Shown in pieces: positions 7,807 to 15,617 of a stretch of 64,000 bases of DNA (position 1 is its first letter; every line of letters begins with the position of its first letter). Under the pieces are notes generated by a model that saw nothing but the letters and a program-made list of their open reading frames with translations, had not been told where the DNA came from and made no database searches. The stretch spans positions 79,696-143,695 of the forward strand of contig JAHBVE010000003.1 in the NCBI GenBank assembly GCA_019637675.1, written 5' to 3'. The stretch comes from Anaerolineales bacterium. Its GTDB lineage: Bacteria; Chloroflexota; Anaerolineae; Anaerolineales; UBA11579. The translations under genes were made by a program, and so were the position numbers.

Positions 7807-8718
7807 ATGTCAGACGATGCCGCGCTGTACACCCAGCTCGCCACCATCCGCCGTTTTGAAGAAACCGTGCTGGATGCGTTCCCCAAAGGCGCCTTCTACG
7901 GCACCACCCACACCTACATCGGGCAGGAAGCCAATGCCGCCGGCGTCCTCGCTCACCTGCACGATGGCGATCTGGTCTTCAGCAATCACCGCTGCCACGG
8001 CCACTTCCTGGCCTACGGCGGCGATGCCCGCGCCCTCTTCGCCGAGCTGATGGGCAAGGCCACCGGCGTGTGCGGCGGCATCGGCGGCTCGCAGCACTTG
8101 CACTGGAAGAATTTCTACTCCAACGGAGTCCTCGGCAGCACCGCTCCCATCGCGGTCGGCGCTGCGCTTGCGGAGAAACGCAAGGGCAGCCAGGCTGTAA
8201 CCGTGCTCTTCCTCGGCGACGGCGCTATGGGCGAGGGCGTGGTCTACGAAAGCCTCAACATCGCCTCGCTGTGGGGCGCGCCGGTCCTCTTCGTCGTCGA
8301 AAACAATCACATCGCCCAAACCACACCCACTGAGCTGGCCATGGCGGGCAGCCTGGCCGGCCGCTTCGCCGCCTTTAACATCCCCGCCGTCGAGCTTGAC
8401 AGCAGCGACGCCCGCGAAATTTACGCTGCTGCCGGGCAGGAATTTGCCCAATTGCGCAGCACACCCGGCCCGCGTGCCCTGATCCTGCACACCGCCCGCT
8501 TTGGCCCGCACTCCAAGGGCGACGACACGCGCGACCCCGCCTTCATCGAAGAGTTGCGCGCCACGCGTGACCCGCTTACCATCCACGGCGCCCGCCTGGA
8601 AGAGAGCGAGCGCACCGCCATCGAAGCCGAAGTTGACTCCGCCATCGCCGCCGCCTACGCCCAAGCCGAAGCCGACCCGCTGCCAGAGCACGCTGCCTAC
8701 GTGAAGGCCGGCTACTAA
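7807..8718 (+). CDS. TPP-dependent 2-oxoacid dehydrogenase E1 component, alpha subunit
   Basis: TPP motif GDGAMGEGVVYESLNIASLWGAPVLFVVENNHIA (GDG...NN). Start at MSDDAALY; the upstream part of the track ORF overlaps the PglC-like gene. Confidence 0.85.
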   Translation: MSDDAALYTQLATIRRFEETVLDAFPKGAFYGTTHTYIGQEANAAGVLAHLHDGDLVFSNHRCHGHFLAYGGDARALFAELMGKATGVCGGIGGSQHLHWKNFYSNGVLGSTAPIAVGAALAEKRKGSQAVTVLFLGDGAMGEGVVYESLNIASLWGAPVLFVVENNHIAQTTPTELAMAGSLAGRFAAFNIPAVELDSSDAREIYAAAGQEFAQLRSTPGPRALILHTARFGPHSKGDDTRDPAFIEELRATRDPLTIHGARLEESERTAIEAEVDSAIAAAYAQAEADPLPEHAAYVKAGY

Positions 8719-8767
8719 TGACGTACCTGTTCACTCCTCACTCCTCACTCACCACTGGTCTTTATCC

Positions 8768-9784
8768 ATGACCAGCGTGCTCGAATCGCTCAACCAGGGG
8801 TTGCATGCTGCCTTCGCGCAGGATGCCCGCGTTTACCTCATCGGCGAAGACCTGCTCGATCCGTACGGAGGCGCCTTCAAGGTCAGCCGCAACCTCTCCA
8901 CCCAGTACCCTGACCGCGTCTGGACCAGCCCCGTATCCGAAGCCGCCATTGCCGGCGTGGGCGCCGGCATGGCGTTGCGCGGCCTGCGCCCCGTCGTGGA
9001 GCTGATGTTCGGCGACTTCAGCACCCTTGTCGCCGACCAGCTCATCAACAGCATCACCAAGTTCCCCGCCATGTACAACGGCGCCGCCCAGGTTCCGGTC
9101 GTGATCCGCACGCCCATGGGCGGGCGCCGTGGCTACGGCCCCACCCACAGCCAAACGTTGGAGAAGCTCTATCTCGGCGTGCCAGGCCTGCGCGTCCTCG
9201 CCCCCAACACCCTCAGCGACCCTGGCGATCTGCTGCGCCGCGCCATCCTGGAACAGAACGACCCGGTCCTCTTTGTCGAGAACAAGGTCTTGTATCCCAA
9301 ACAGGTTTTGGATAACGCCGCATTGGCCGATTTCGAGATCCAGGCCAGCACACAAGACTTTGCGCCCACGCACACGCTGCGCCTCAAAGGCGCGCCGCGC
9401 CCGGCGCTCACGCTGACCGCCTACGGCTACATGGCCGAGCTGGCCCGCGAGGCCCTGACCCGCCTGGCCTTCGAGCACGAGATCTTTTGCGAACTGGTCG
9501 TCCCCACCCAGCTGGCGCCGCTGCCGGCTGGCGGCGGGCTGCAGCCCGCCCTGCAGGCCTCGCTGCAGCACAGCGGGCGCCTGCTCACCATCGAGGAAGG
9601 CACCTACTCGCTGGGCTGGGGTGCCGAGCAGCTCGCCCGCGCCGCCCAGCACTTCGGCGGCCGCCTGCAGGCTGCCCGCCGCGTCGCCGCCGCCGAGGCG
9701 CCCATCCCGGCCGCCCGCAACCTGGAAGATGCGGCCCTGCCCACCCTCGAAGACATCATCTCCGCCGCGCGGGAAATGGTATAA
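8768..9784 (+). CDS. 2-oxoacid dehydrogenase E1 component, beta subunit (transketolase-like Pyr and C domains)
   Basis: IGEDLLDPYGGAFKVS, SPVSEAAIAGVGAGMALRG and RTPMGGRRGYGPTHSQ. Confidence 0.85.
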   Translation: MTSVLESLNQGLHAAFAQDARVYLIGEDLLDPYGGAFKVSRNLSTQYPDRVWTSPVSEAAIAGVGAGMALRGLRPVVELMFGDFSTLVADQLINSITKFPAMYNGAAQVPVVIRTPMGGRRGYGPTHSQTLEKLYLGVPGLRVLAPNTLSDPGDLLRRAILEQNDPVLFVENKVLYPKQVLDNAALADFEIQASTQDFAPTHTLRLKGAPRPALTLTAYGYMAELAREALTRLAFEHEIFCELVVPTQLAPLPAGGGLQPALQASLQHSGRLLTIEEGTYSLGWGAEQLARAAQHFGGRLQAARRVAAAEAPIPAARNLEDAALPTLEDIISAAREMV

Positions 9785-9791
9785 AGCCTTG

Positions 9792-10886
9792 ATGGCTGAA
9801 ACCACCGCGCAGGCTGTTCGCGTCCCGCTCATTAATCCCAACGAAACCGAAGCTCGCCTGGTGAGTTTGCCTGTTTCCAATGGCGACAAAATCGCCAAGG
9901 GCGATACCCTCGCCACCCTGGAAACCACCAAGTCGACCTTTGAACTGCTCTCGGATGCGGATGGCTTTGTAGCCGGGCTGCAAGCCAAGCAAGGCGATAT
10001 GCTGCCCGCCGGGCAGGTGTTCCTGTACCTGGCCCCCAGCAAAGAATGGCAAGCCCCTCAAAAACAATCCGAAACTAAATCAGGCGTCCCCGAAGGCCTG
10101 CGCATCACTCAGCCTGCCCTACAACTGGCAGAAAAACGCGGCATCGCCCTGGCAGCGTTGCCCATCGGCCCCATCATCACTGAAGACTACATCGCCAAAC
10201 TTTCGCCCACAGCTGGCGAAGCCTCCTTTACGATCCCTGACGCCGCCAGCCTGCCCAACTCCGTCATCGTCTACGGTGGCGGCGGCCACGGCAAAGCCGT
10301 GATCGATCTGCTGCGCGCCGCTGGCGGCTACACCCTGGCCGGCGTGGTGGATGACAGCCGCCAGCCCGGCGACCGCGTCCTGGATGCTGCCGTCATCGGC
10401 GGCGAAGCCGCGCTGGCAGCCCTGCACGCCGCCGGCTGCACCCGTGCGCTCAACGCCGTCGGCGGCATCGGTGCCATGAGCACCCGCATCGCCGTGTTCG
10501 ATCGCCTGGAAGCCGCCGGCTTCGAGCTGCCCACGCTGATCCACCCCAGCGCCGTTGTGGAGCCCAGCGCCCAGCTCGGCCCCGGCGTGCAGGTCTTCCC
10601 GCACGCCTACATCGGCTCAGATGCACGCATCGGCAAAGGCGTCATCGTCAACACCGGCGCCATCGTCTCGCATGATTGCGCGCTGGAAGATTACGCCAAC
10701 CTGGCCCCGGGCAGCATCCTGGCCGGCAATGTACAGATCGGCCGCGGCACCCTGATCGGCATGGGCGTCACCATCAACCTGAATGTCCACATTGGCAGCA
10801 TGGCCCGCATCGGCAACGGCGCCACCGTCAAAGACGCCGTCCCCGACGGCGGCGTAATCCGCGCCGGCGCAATCTGGCCCAGCTGA
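9792..10886 (+). CDS. Fusion protein: N-terminal lipoyl/biotinyl-carrier domain plus NeuD/PglD/VioB-type hexapeptide sugar N-acyltransferase
   Basis: N-terminus ...GDTLATLETTKSTFEL...GQVFLYL looks like a lipoyl-type hairpin lysine. C-terminus VIVYGGGGHGKAVIDLL..VVDD.., LIHPSAVV and IVSHDCALEDY with hexapeptide repeats. Start ATG at 9792, 7 nt after the E1 beta stop. Confidence 0.8.
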   Translation: MAETTAQAVRVPLINPNETEARLVSLPVSNGDKIAKGDTLATLETTKSTFELLSDADGFVAGLQAKQGDMLPAGQVFLYLAPSKEWQAPQKQSETKSGVPEGLRITQPALQLAEKRGIALAALPIGPIITEDYIAKLSPTAGEASFTIPDAASLPNSVIVYGGGGHGKAVIDLLRAAGGYTLAGVVDDSRQPGDRVLDAAVIGGEAALAALHAAGCTRALNAVGGIGAMSTRIAVFDRLEAAGFELPTLIHPSAVVEPSAQLGPGVQVFPHAYIGSDARIGKGVIVNTGAIVSHDCALEDYANLAPGSILAGNVQIGRGTLIGMGVTINLNVHIGSMARIGNGATVKDAVPDGGVIRAGAIWPS

Positions 10887-11048
10887 CACATGAGCTATAG
10901 AAGCGCAGGGCAAGAGAAATTACGCTCTGCTTAGCAGCAACTCCATCCCGACAGTCAAGTGTTCAAATCCACACATCTTCGCGGAATGTTCATGTTCAAC
11001 GCGGGTCACACTGAAGCCAAGTAGGGGTTGCATTTGCCACACGAACCG

Positions 11049-11306
11049 TCTGGAGGGGGTTCCTGCGCTGCTGCGCAGCGCTGGGGGAACTGGCAGTTCC
11101 CCCTTAGCGGGGTCAGGGGCAGGGCCCCCTGAAAAAGGAATGTTTTCGATTAGTGCAGTATCCAAAAACGCGCCTCCCATTACCATCTGGAGGGGGCCTC
11201 AGCGCTGCTGCGCAGCGCTGAGGCCCTGGCAGTTACTTTTAGTGGGTCAGGGGCAGGGCCTCTTAAAAAGGAATGTTTTTGATTCGTGCAATCCAAACGC
11301 GCCTGG
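11049..11306. repeat. Two tandem copies of a ~125-bp hairpin-containing element with a 137-bp period
   Basis: Copy A is 11049-11177 and copy B is 11186-11306. They share tctggaggggg..gcgctgctgcgcagcgctg..ctggcagtt..ggtcaggggcagggcc..aaaaaggaatgtttt.gatt.gtgca..atccaaa.cgcgcct. Copy B has a 12-bp-stem hairpin at 11194-11226 and copy A an 8-bp one at 11083-11103. Confidence 0.85.
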
Positions 11307-11358
11307 CCTTCATCCTCACCGCACCGACTGTTGATGCGTTTTCTGTTACATTTCCCCC

Positions 11359-12267
11359 ATGTCCACCGGCAAACGCAGCTCCAAAAAAGGCACGCGCAGC
11401 CGCGCCTTTGGCTCCTCCAGCCGAGAGAACCACGATGCCAGCGGCTTCTACAACAGCTCGCTATACGCCAAGCTCCCCGCTGAAAGCAACACCCCCTATA
11501 CCCAAACCGAGCTTCCCACCGACGCCCGCAACCGCATCTTCGCCCACAGCAGCGAAGACATGCACGAGCTGCCCGACAACAGCGTGCACCTCATGGTCAC
11601 CTCGCCGCCCTACAACGCCGGCAAGGAATACGACAAGGACCTCGACCTTGAGCAATACTTGGGGATGCTGCGCCGCGTCTGGGCTGAGACCCTGCGCGTG
11701 CTGGTGCCCGGCGGCCGCGCCTGCATCAACGTGGCCAACCTGGGCCGCAAGCCCTACATTCCCCTGCACGCCTTCATCATCCATGACATGCTTTCACTCG
11801 GCTACCTCATGCGCGGCGAGATCATCTGGGATAAGGCCAGCTCAGCCGGCGGCTCCACCGCCTGGGGTTCCTGGCGCAGCGCCAGCAACCCCACCCTGCG
11901 GGATGTGCACGAGTACATCCTCGTCTTCAGCAAAGACCGCTTCGGCCGCCCCGCGCCCAAAGACGCCAAGCGCTTCACCAGCGAACGGGATGACTTTTTG
12001 CAGAACACCAAGAGCGTATGGAGCTTCCCCACCGTCTCTGCCAAAAAGATCGGCCACCCCGCGCCCTTTCCCGAGGAGTTGCCCCGCCGTCTGATCGAGC
12101 TCTATACCTTTCCCGGCGAAGTGGTGCTCGATCCCTTCATGGGCAGCGGCACCAGCGCCATAGCTGCGCTCCGTACGGAGCGCAGCTATGTGGGTTACGA
12201 GATGGACAGGAAGTACGCCAAACTGGCCGAAAAGCGCATTGCCAGCTCCACGACTCAAGCCACTTAG
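11359..12267 (+). CDS. DNA methyltransferase, beta-class (motif IV before motif I), SPPY type, likely N4-cytosine or N6-adenine
   Basis: MVTSPPYNAGKEYD is motif IV; VLDPFMGSGTSAIAA is the FxGxG SAM motif. Confidence 0.85.
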   Translation: MSTGKRSSKKGTRSRAFGSSSRENHDASGFYNSSLYAKLPAESNTPYTQTELPTDARNRIFAHSSEDMHELPDNSVHLMVTSPPYNAGKEYDKDLDLEQYLGMLRRVWAETLRVLVPGGRACINVANLGRKPYIPLHAFIIHDMLSLGYLMRGEIIWDKASSAGGSTAWGSWRSASNPTLRDVHEYILVFSKDRFGRPAPKDAKRFTSERDDFLQNTKSVWSFPTVSAKKIGHPAPFPEELPRRLIELYTFPGEVVLDPFMGSGTSAIAALRTERSYVGYEMDRKYAKLAEKRIASSTTQAT

Positions 12268-12282
12268 CAGTACACTTTCCCC

Positions 12283-12933
12283 ATGGAAACCACCTGGCAA
12301 TCTGTAGACAAGTTCCTTGAAAGTCTGACCGCCCCTGACGACCCCGTGCTGGCCGCCGCCGTGCAGGCCGCCGAGCAAGCCGGCCTGCCCAGCATCCAGG
12401 TCTCGGCTATGCAGGGTCAGCTCCTGCACATCCTCGCCCGCGCCATCGGCGCCAAACGCATCCTCGAAGTCGGCACCCTGGCCGGCTACAGCGGCATCTG
12501 GCTCGCCCGTGCCCTGCCGGCCGATGGCTTGCTGGTCACGCTTGAAGCCGACCCCAAACACGCCGGCGTAGCCCAGGCCAACTTTGCCGCCGCCGGCCTC
12601 GCCGGGCAGGTGGACCTGCGCCAGGGCGCCGCCCTCGACACCCTGCCGACCCTGCTGCCGGAGTTCGCCGCCGGCTTCGATCTCTGTTTCCTCGACGCCG
12701 ACAAGCCCAACCTGCCGGCCTACTTCGAGTGGGCGCGCAAGCTCACCCGCAAAGGCGGCCTCATCATCAGCGACAATGTGGTGCGCAACGGCGAGGTAAT
12801 AGATGGGCAAGACGCCAACAGCACCGGCGCACGCAATCTATTGCAAACGTTGGGGAAGACAGGCAACAGCACGGTCATCCAAACCGTGGGCAGCAAGGGC
12901 TACGACGGTTTCGCGCTCACCATCGTGGAATAG
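12283..12933 (+). CDS. Class I SAM-dependent O-methyltransferase (family 3, caffeoyl-CoA OMT-like)
   Basis: ILEVGTLAGYSGIWLA and FDLCFLDADKPN..Y; typical length of 216 aa. Confidence 0.8.
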   Translation: METTWQSVDKFLESLTAPDDPVLAAAVQAAEQAGLPSIQVSAMQGQLLHILARAIGAKRILEVGTLAGYSGIWLARALPADGLLVTLEADPKHAGVAQANFAAAGLAGQVDLRQGAALDTLPTLLPEFAAGFDLCFLDADKPNLPAYFEWARKLTRKGGLIISDNVVRNGEVIDGQDANSTGARNLLQTLGKTGNSTVIQTVGSKGYDGFALTIVE

Positions 12934-12937
12934 CCTG

Positions 12938-13942
12938 CTAGTGTCCAGCGTCCTGGGTATAGAAATCAACCACCCGCGGCGGTGCCTTGGTTGCGATCAG
13001 GTCAAAGAAATATTGGGCTTCTTCGTATGAGCCATCATGCCCCTGATGTCCAATAGAGGGCTGCACCCGCAAGCCTAGCCAGCCCTTCTTCGCTTCATAT
13101 TGTTGCAGCAGCGGCAGTGTGTCAGTGCCAAACGGGTTTGAGCGGTCATACTGGTTCTGGATCAAGAAAAGTGGCGGCAGGCTTTCGGCCTTGCCCGCCT
13201 CGGCATAAATATCCGGCGCACCGGCTAACTCAATATCCTCTTTGGCCACCAGTTCGGTGTACACGGTCTGCACGCCGCGCTGGCGGTACTCTAAAATCTT
13301 GCTCTTCAAGTCAATGATGGGGGTCGTTACATACACCCCATCGGCAGCATGCTTGATCCCGTGGTACAGGGCTGCAAAGCCGCCCATCGAGGCGCCCATA
13401 CTGAACCACTGGCTGGTCCCGCGCTCACGCATCTTTTCGCGGATCAAGCCCTGGGTCATCGCTTCCACATAGTTCTTGCCATCCGTGCCCCAGAACCAAC
13501 TGCCCAATGACTTCCAGCCATAGTTGTCATACGGCAGCAGAAGATCAAAATGCTTCCAACCATAGCGCAATGGATAAACTTCAAAACCCAAGTATCCATG
13601 AAAGACCACGACCAGCCCCTTGGGTTGCTCCACCGCAGGGAAGAACACATAGCGCAAGCTTCCCCCATCGCCATGCTCATACTTATAAGGGAAGTGACTG
13701 CTCAGGTCCTTATTGGCTTCTTCTTTTTTGAGATGACTCTTGGTGCGCTTGCGGGCAAACTCCCGGATCGCGCCTACATCAGAGGCCAGGATCAGATCTC
13801 GGTCGGCATTGGCCAGCGGGAAACTGCTATGCACAGCAGGACGAAACATGGATGTGATACTTGCCCAGGCTTGGCGAAAGCCCAGAACACGTACCTTGTT
13901 GGCAAAGCGCTTAACCCTGTGCTGCAATGAAAGTTGGCTCAA
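12938..13942 (-). CDS. Alpha/beta hydrolase
   Basis: Nucleophile elbow GASMGG, plus a distal IGHQGHDGS region. GC is visibly lower than the flanks. Confidence 0.7.
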   Translation of the reverse strand: MSQLSLQHRVKRFANKVRVLGFRQAWASITSMFRPAVHSSFPLANADRDLILASDVGAIREFARKRTKSHLKKEEANKDLSSHFPYKYEHGDGGSLRYVFFPAVEQPKGLVVVFHGYLGFEVYPLRYGWKHFDLLLPYDNYGWKSLGSWFWGTDGKNYVEAMTQGLIREKMRERGTSQWFSMGASMGGFAALYHGIKHAADGVYVTTPIIDLKSKILEYRQRGVQTVYTELVAKEDIELAGAPDIYAEAGKAESLPPLFLIQNQYDRSNPFGTDTLPLLQQYEAKKGWLGLRVQPSIGHQGHDGSYEEAQYFFDLIATKAPPRVVDFYTQDAGH

Positions 13943-13975
13943 CGCATGCCTCCAAGGTCATTATACTTACGCACT

Positions 13976-14518
13976 ATGAACATCACCGTCTTCGGCTCCG
14001 CCTCCCCTCAACCCGGCCACTCCGCCTACGAAGAAGCGCGTCGTTTGGGTGAGCTGCTGGCCCGCGCCGGTCACACCGTGCTCACCGGCGGCTACATGGG
14101 CACTATGGAGGCCGCCTCACGCGGCGCCGCCGAAGCCGGCGGCCATGTGGTCGGCGTGACCTGCCAGCAGATCGAAGACTGGCGCGCCGCCAAACACAAC
14201 CCCTGGGTGCTCGAGGAACGCAAGTTCCCGACCCTGCGTGAGCGCCTATACTGCCTGGTGGACTCGTGCGATGCTGCCCTGGCGCTGCCCGGCGGCATCG
14301 GCACTCTGGATGAGATCGTCACCATGTGGAGCCAGATGCAAACCGCCGCCATGGCCGTCCGCCCCCTCATCTTGATCGGCGAGGGCTGGCGCCGCACCAT
14401 CACCGCACTGCTGGAAGCGCAAAACGAACATATCCGCCCGGCCCATCGTGACCTGCTCAGCTTTGCCGAGGATATTGATGGCGCGGTAGCCAAGCTGGCC
14501 GAGGCGCTGGCAGCCTGA
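13976..14518 (+). CDS. LOG/TIGR00730-family protein (putative nucleotide phosphoribohydrolase)
   Basis: VLTGGYMGTMEA and PGGIGTLDE motifs. Start at MNITVFG. Confidence 0.8.
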   Translation: MNITVFGSASPQPGHSAYEEARRLGELLARAGHTVLTGGYMGTMEAASRGAAEAGGHVVGVTCQQIEDWRAAKHNPWVLEERKFPTLRERLYCLVDSCDAALALPGGIGTLDEIVTMWSQMQTAAMAVRPLILIGEGWRRTITALLEAQNEHIRPAHRDLLSFAEDIDGAVAKLAEALAA

Positions 14519-15309
14519 TGCCCAGCGTCCAACTTGGGCAGCTGCAACAAGAAGCTGCCCAGCTTTCTGAGCATTTCACCGATCCAGCCGCCTATCTCAA
14601 GCAGCTTGAACGCCTGCTCCTAAGCTACTCCACCCCCATCCACCGCCAAGGCCGCATCAGCGGCTTGCGCCCGGTCATCTTCAGCTTTGAAGTTCCGCCG
14701 CCCGTCCTCAAACGGCTCGAGCTCGAGATGGCGCTGCAAGCTTCCCAGCAGCCCGCCGCCGCCCTGGCGGTCGCAGATGCCCTCTGGGAACGACGCAGCT
14801 ATGAGACCCGCCAGCTCGCCGTCCGCATGCTGGGCGCCACCCCCGCGCCCGCATCCGAGATCACCAGCCGGCTGGAAGCCTGGGCCAGCGAGAACCAGGA
14901 GGAACTCCTGGTAACTGAGCTCTATCAGCGCGGCCCACGCACCCTCATACAAAACGATCCGGACGGCGTGTTGCAGTTCGCCAGCCAGATCCTGGCCAGC
15001 CAGGATCACCGCAAGCAGGTCCTCAGCATCGGCAGCCTGGAAACGTTGATAACCACTGGCAATTTCACGAATCTGCCCGCCCTGTTCACCTTGCTCATGC
15101 CCGCCAGCCTGGACCCAGCCCGCAAGTTGCAACCCTTCCTCACTTCCGTGCTGAACGCCCTCGCCCAGCGCAGCCCTAAAGAAACCGTCTATTTTCTGGG
15201 CCAGCTGTTGAACAACCAGCCCAGCGAAGCTGCCCGCCGGATGGCACGCCAAGTGCTGCGCCAGCTGCCCGCCGATATGCAAGCCACCCTCCGCGATCTG
15301 GCCCGTTAG
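14518..15309 (+). CDS. Hypothetical alpha-helical repeat protein (possibly HEAT/AlkD-like)
   Basis: Its ATG overlaps the LOG stop codon (TGATG). Coding-like composition and Leu/Ala-rich helices. The functional guess is weak. Confidence 0.5.
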   Translation: MPSVQLGQLQQEAAQLSEHFTDPAAYLKQLERLLLSYSTPIHRQGRISGLRPVIFSFEVPPPVLKRLELEMALQASQQPAAALAVADALWERRSYETRQLAVRMLGATPAPASEITSRLEAWASENQEELLVTELYQRGPRTLIQNDPDGVLQFASQILASQDHRKQVLSIGSLETLITTGNFTNLPALFTLLMPASLDPARKLQPFLTSVLNALAQRSPKETVYFLGQLLNNQPSEAARRMARQVLRQLPADMQATLRDLAR

Positions 15310-15317
15310 GTATTCCG

Positions 15318-15490
15318 CCTTATCTGCTTTATCTGTGAAAGGTCTTTGATATTGGTTTTATCCGCGTAAATCAGCGGCGTGGCGTAGCCACGCACATCTG
15401 CGGCAAAGCCTTTGCTTTTGGTTTTATCCGCCTTTATCTGTGTTCATCTGTGGACGATCCTCGCCCTATCTGTGTTCATCTGTGGACACT
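15318..15490. repeat. Cluster of short direct repeats built on an ATCTG(T/C) core
   Basis: tatctgtgttcatctgtggac occurs at 15435-15455 and 15467-15487, and ggttttatccgc at 15354-15365 and 15420-15431. There is also ttatctgctttatctgtg at 15320-15337 and the hairpin gcgtggc-gta-gccacgc. Confidence 0.85.
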
Positions 15491-15518
15491 TTCCTCCCAT
15501 ACATAATCCTCCCTGACC

Positions 15519-15527
15519 TGATATAAT
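15519..15527 (+). promoter_or_regulatory. Extended -10 promoter element (TGaTATAAT) for rpsO
   Basis: A perfect TGnTATAAT about 90 nt upstream of the rpsO ATG. The leader contains cccc-attc-gggg and other pairings. Confidence 0.55.
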
Positions 15528-15617
15528 CCCGGCCTGACTCGACCAGTAGGCGGCAAACCCCATTCGGGGCCACCTGCCTGCTCGGAGACCTGCCAATACA
15601 AAGGAGATGCAGACGTC

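Noticed and set aside
9621-9791. Upstream extensions of track ORFs into the preceding gene. Examples: 9621.., 7657.., 53367.., 57827.., 61584.., 43722.., 6059.., 13934.., 36670...
   Set aside because: The extensions overlap the 3' end of the upstream gene or a terminator and are low-complexity. In several cases an internal ATG or GTG preceded by an SD-like sequence coincides with the start of the recognisable domain.
10955-10995. A tRNA-like T-loop string (gtgttcaaatccacac) suggesting a tRNA gene or att-site fragment.
   Set aside because: The flanking bases do not form a 5-bp T-stem (only G53-C61 pairs). No acceptor, D or anticodon arms can be drawn. No integrase is nearby.
10920-11186. An 88-aa minus-strand ORF, and the plus-strand ORFs 11140..11334 and 11273..12094, across the tandem repeat.
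   Set aside because: They run through repeat hairpins, have Pro/Gly/Arg-rich low-complexity translations and no RBS. The long plus ORF is out of frame with the clear MTase gene.
11359-13942. The MTase with a neighbouring gene as a type II restriction-modification system.
   Set aside because: The adjacent ORFs read as a small-molecule O-methyltransferase and an alpha/beta hydrolase with a GxSxG elbow. Neither has PD-(D/E)XK, HNH or GIY-YIG features.
15435-15487. A 21-nt direct repeat with an 11-nt spacer as a mini CRISPR array.
   Set aside because: There are only two copies, the spacer is far too short, there are no cas genes, and the repeats belong to a wider ATCTG-type motif cluster.
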